A DNA stretch of 64,000 nt from the human T2T-CHM13v2.0 reference genome, Homo sapiens. The DNA is taken from NCBI RefSeq assembly GCF_009914755.1, contig NC_060935.1; one strand, written 5' to 3'. Both the position numbers and the translations under genes were made by a program. The notes under the pieces were generated by a model that saw nothing but the letters and a program-made list of their open reading frames with translations, was not told the DNA's origin and did no database searches. Of the stretch, positions 63,559 to 64,000 are shown piece by piece; positions within the stretch are counted from its first letter, which is position 1; each line of letters opens with the position of its first letter.

Positions 63559-64000
63559 ATAATAACTTTAATAACTACTTTCGACAATGTTAAAAAGTCC
63601 GAGTTCAAGTCCCTGCAAATTTCAAGAGGCATCCTCTATTTCCTAAAATTCCCCCAGAAAAGAAATTCCCAGCTTCTTCAGGGAAACGGCAGTGACATCA
63701 CAGGGAAGAAAAAAAAAATTCTTTTTTTAATCAGAAAGCTTGGATCGATTTTGGCCAAGTCACCTCTTCCCAACTCTATGAGTTGAGACCAATCGCTTCG
63801 CTTTTCCGAGCCTCACCTTTCTGGTTTGTAAGATAGGGTCAGCAAATGCCAGAGCTGCCTGCTTGCCTGGGCGGAGCTGAGAACGCAGTGTGAGATCTCA
63901 AGAGATAAAGCACTCTGTGGACTAGAACGCCCTGTCCAAAGAGAAGGCCTTTTCATTCGTAACCCTTTCCCATCCTTGGCCCCACTACTGGGAAGTTTTT

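Overview
Primate, almost certainly human, non-coding DNA from an Alu-rich isochore. By eye I count about 85-90 Alu elements or fragments (roughly 35-40% of the window), plus L2, MIR, L1 3' ends, MaLR and ERV1 LTRs and DNA-transposon fossils. I can support no protein-coding exon, tRNA, rRNA or CRISPR array. The supplied ORFs are mostly Alu-derived or decayed transposon frames. The most distinctive object is an essentially full-length but dead Hsmar1 mariner (30966-32799), the family domesticated as SETMAR. It sits at a TA inside an L1 3' end and is itself interrupted by two Alus. Also notable are a 7SL retrocopy inside an ERV1 LTR, an inversion/deletion scar through a MER20, retro-insertion sites used twice (triplicated target sites), a 40-bp perfect AT palindrome, and three STAT/BCL6 motifs in a palindrome next to a CpG-enriched region (about 59.8-61.4 kb). 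I found no convincing new biological system. Repeat families were recognised from recalled consensus sequences without alignment, so boundaries are approximate and subfamily calls are tentative.
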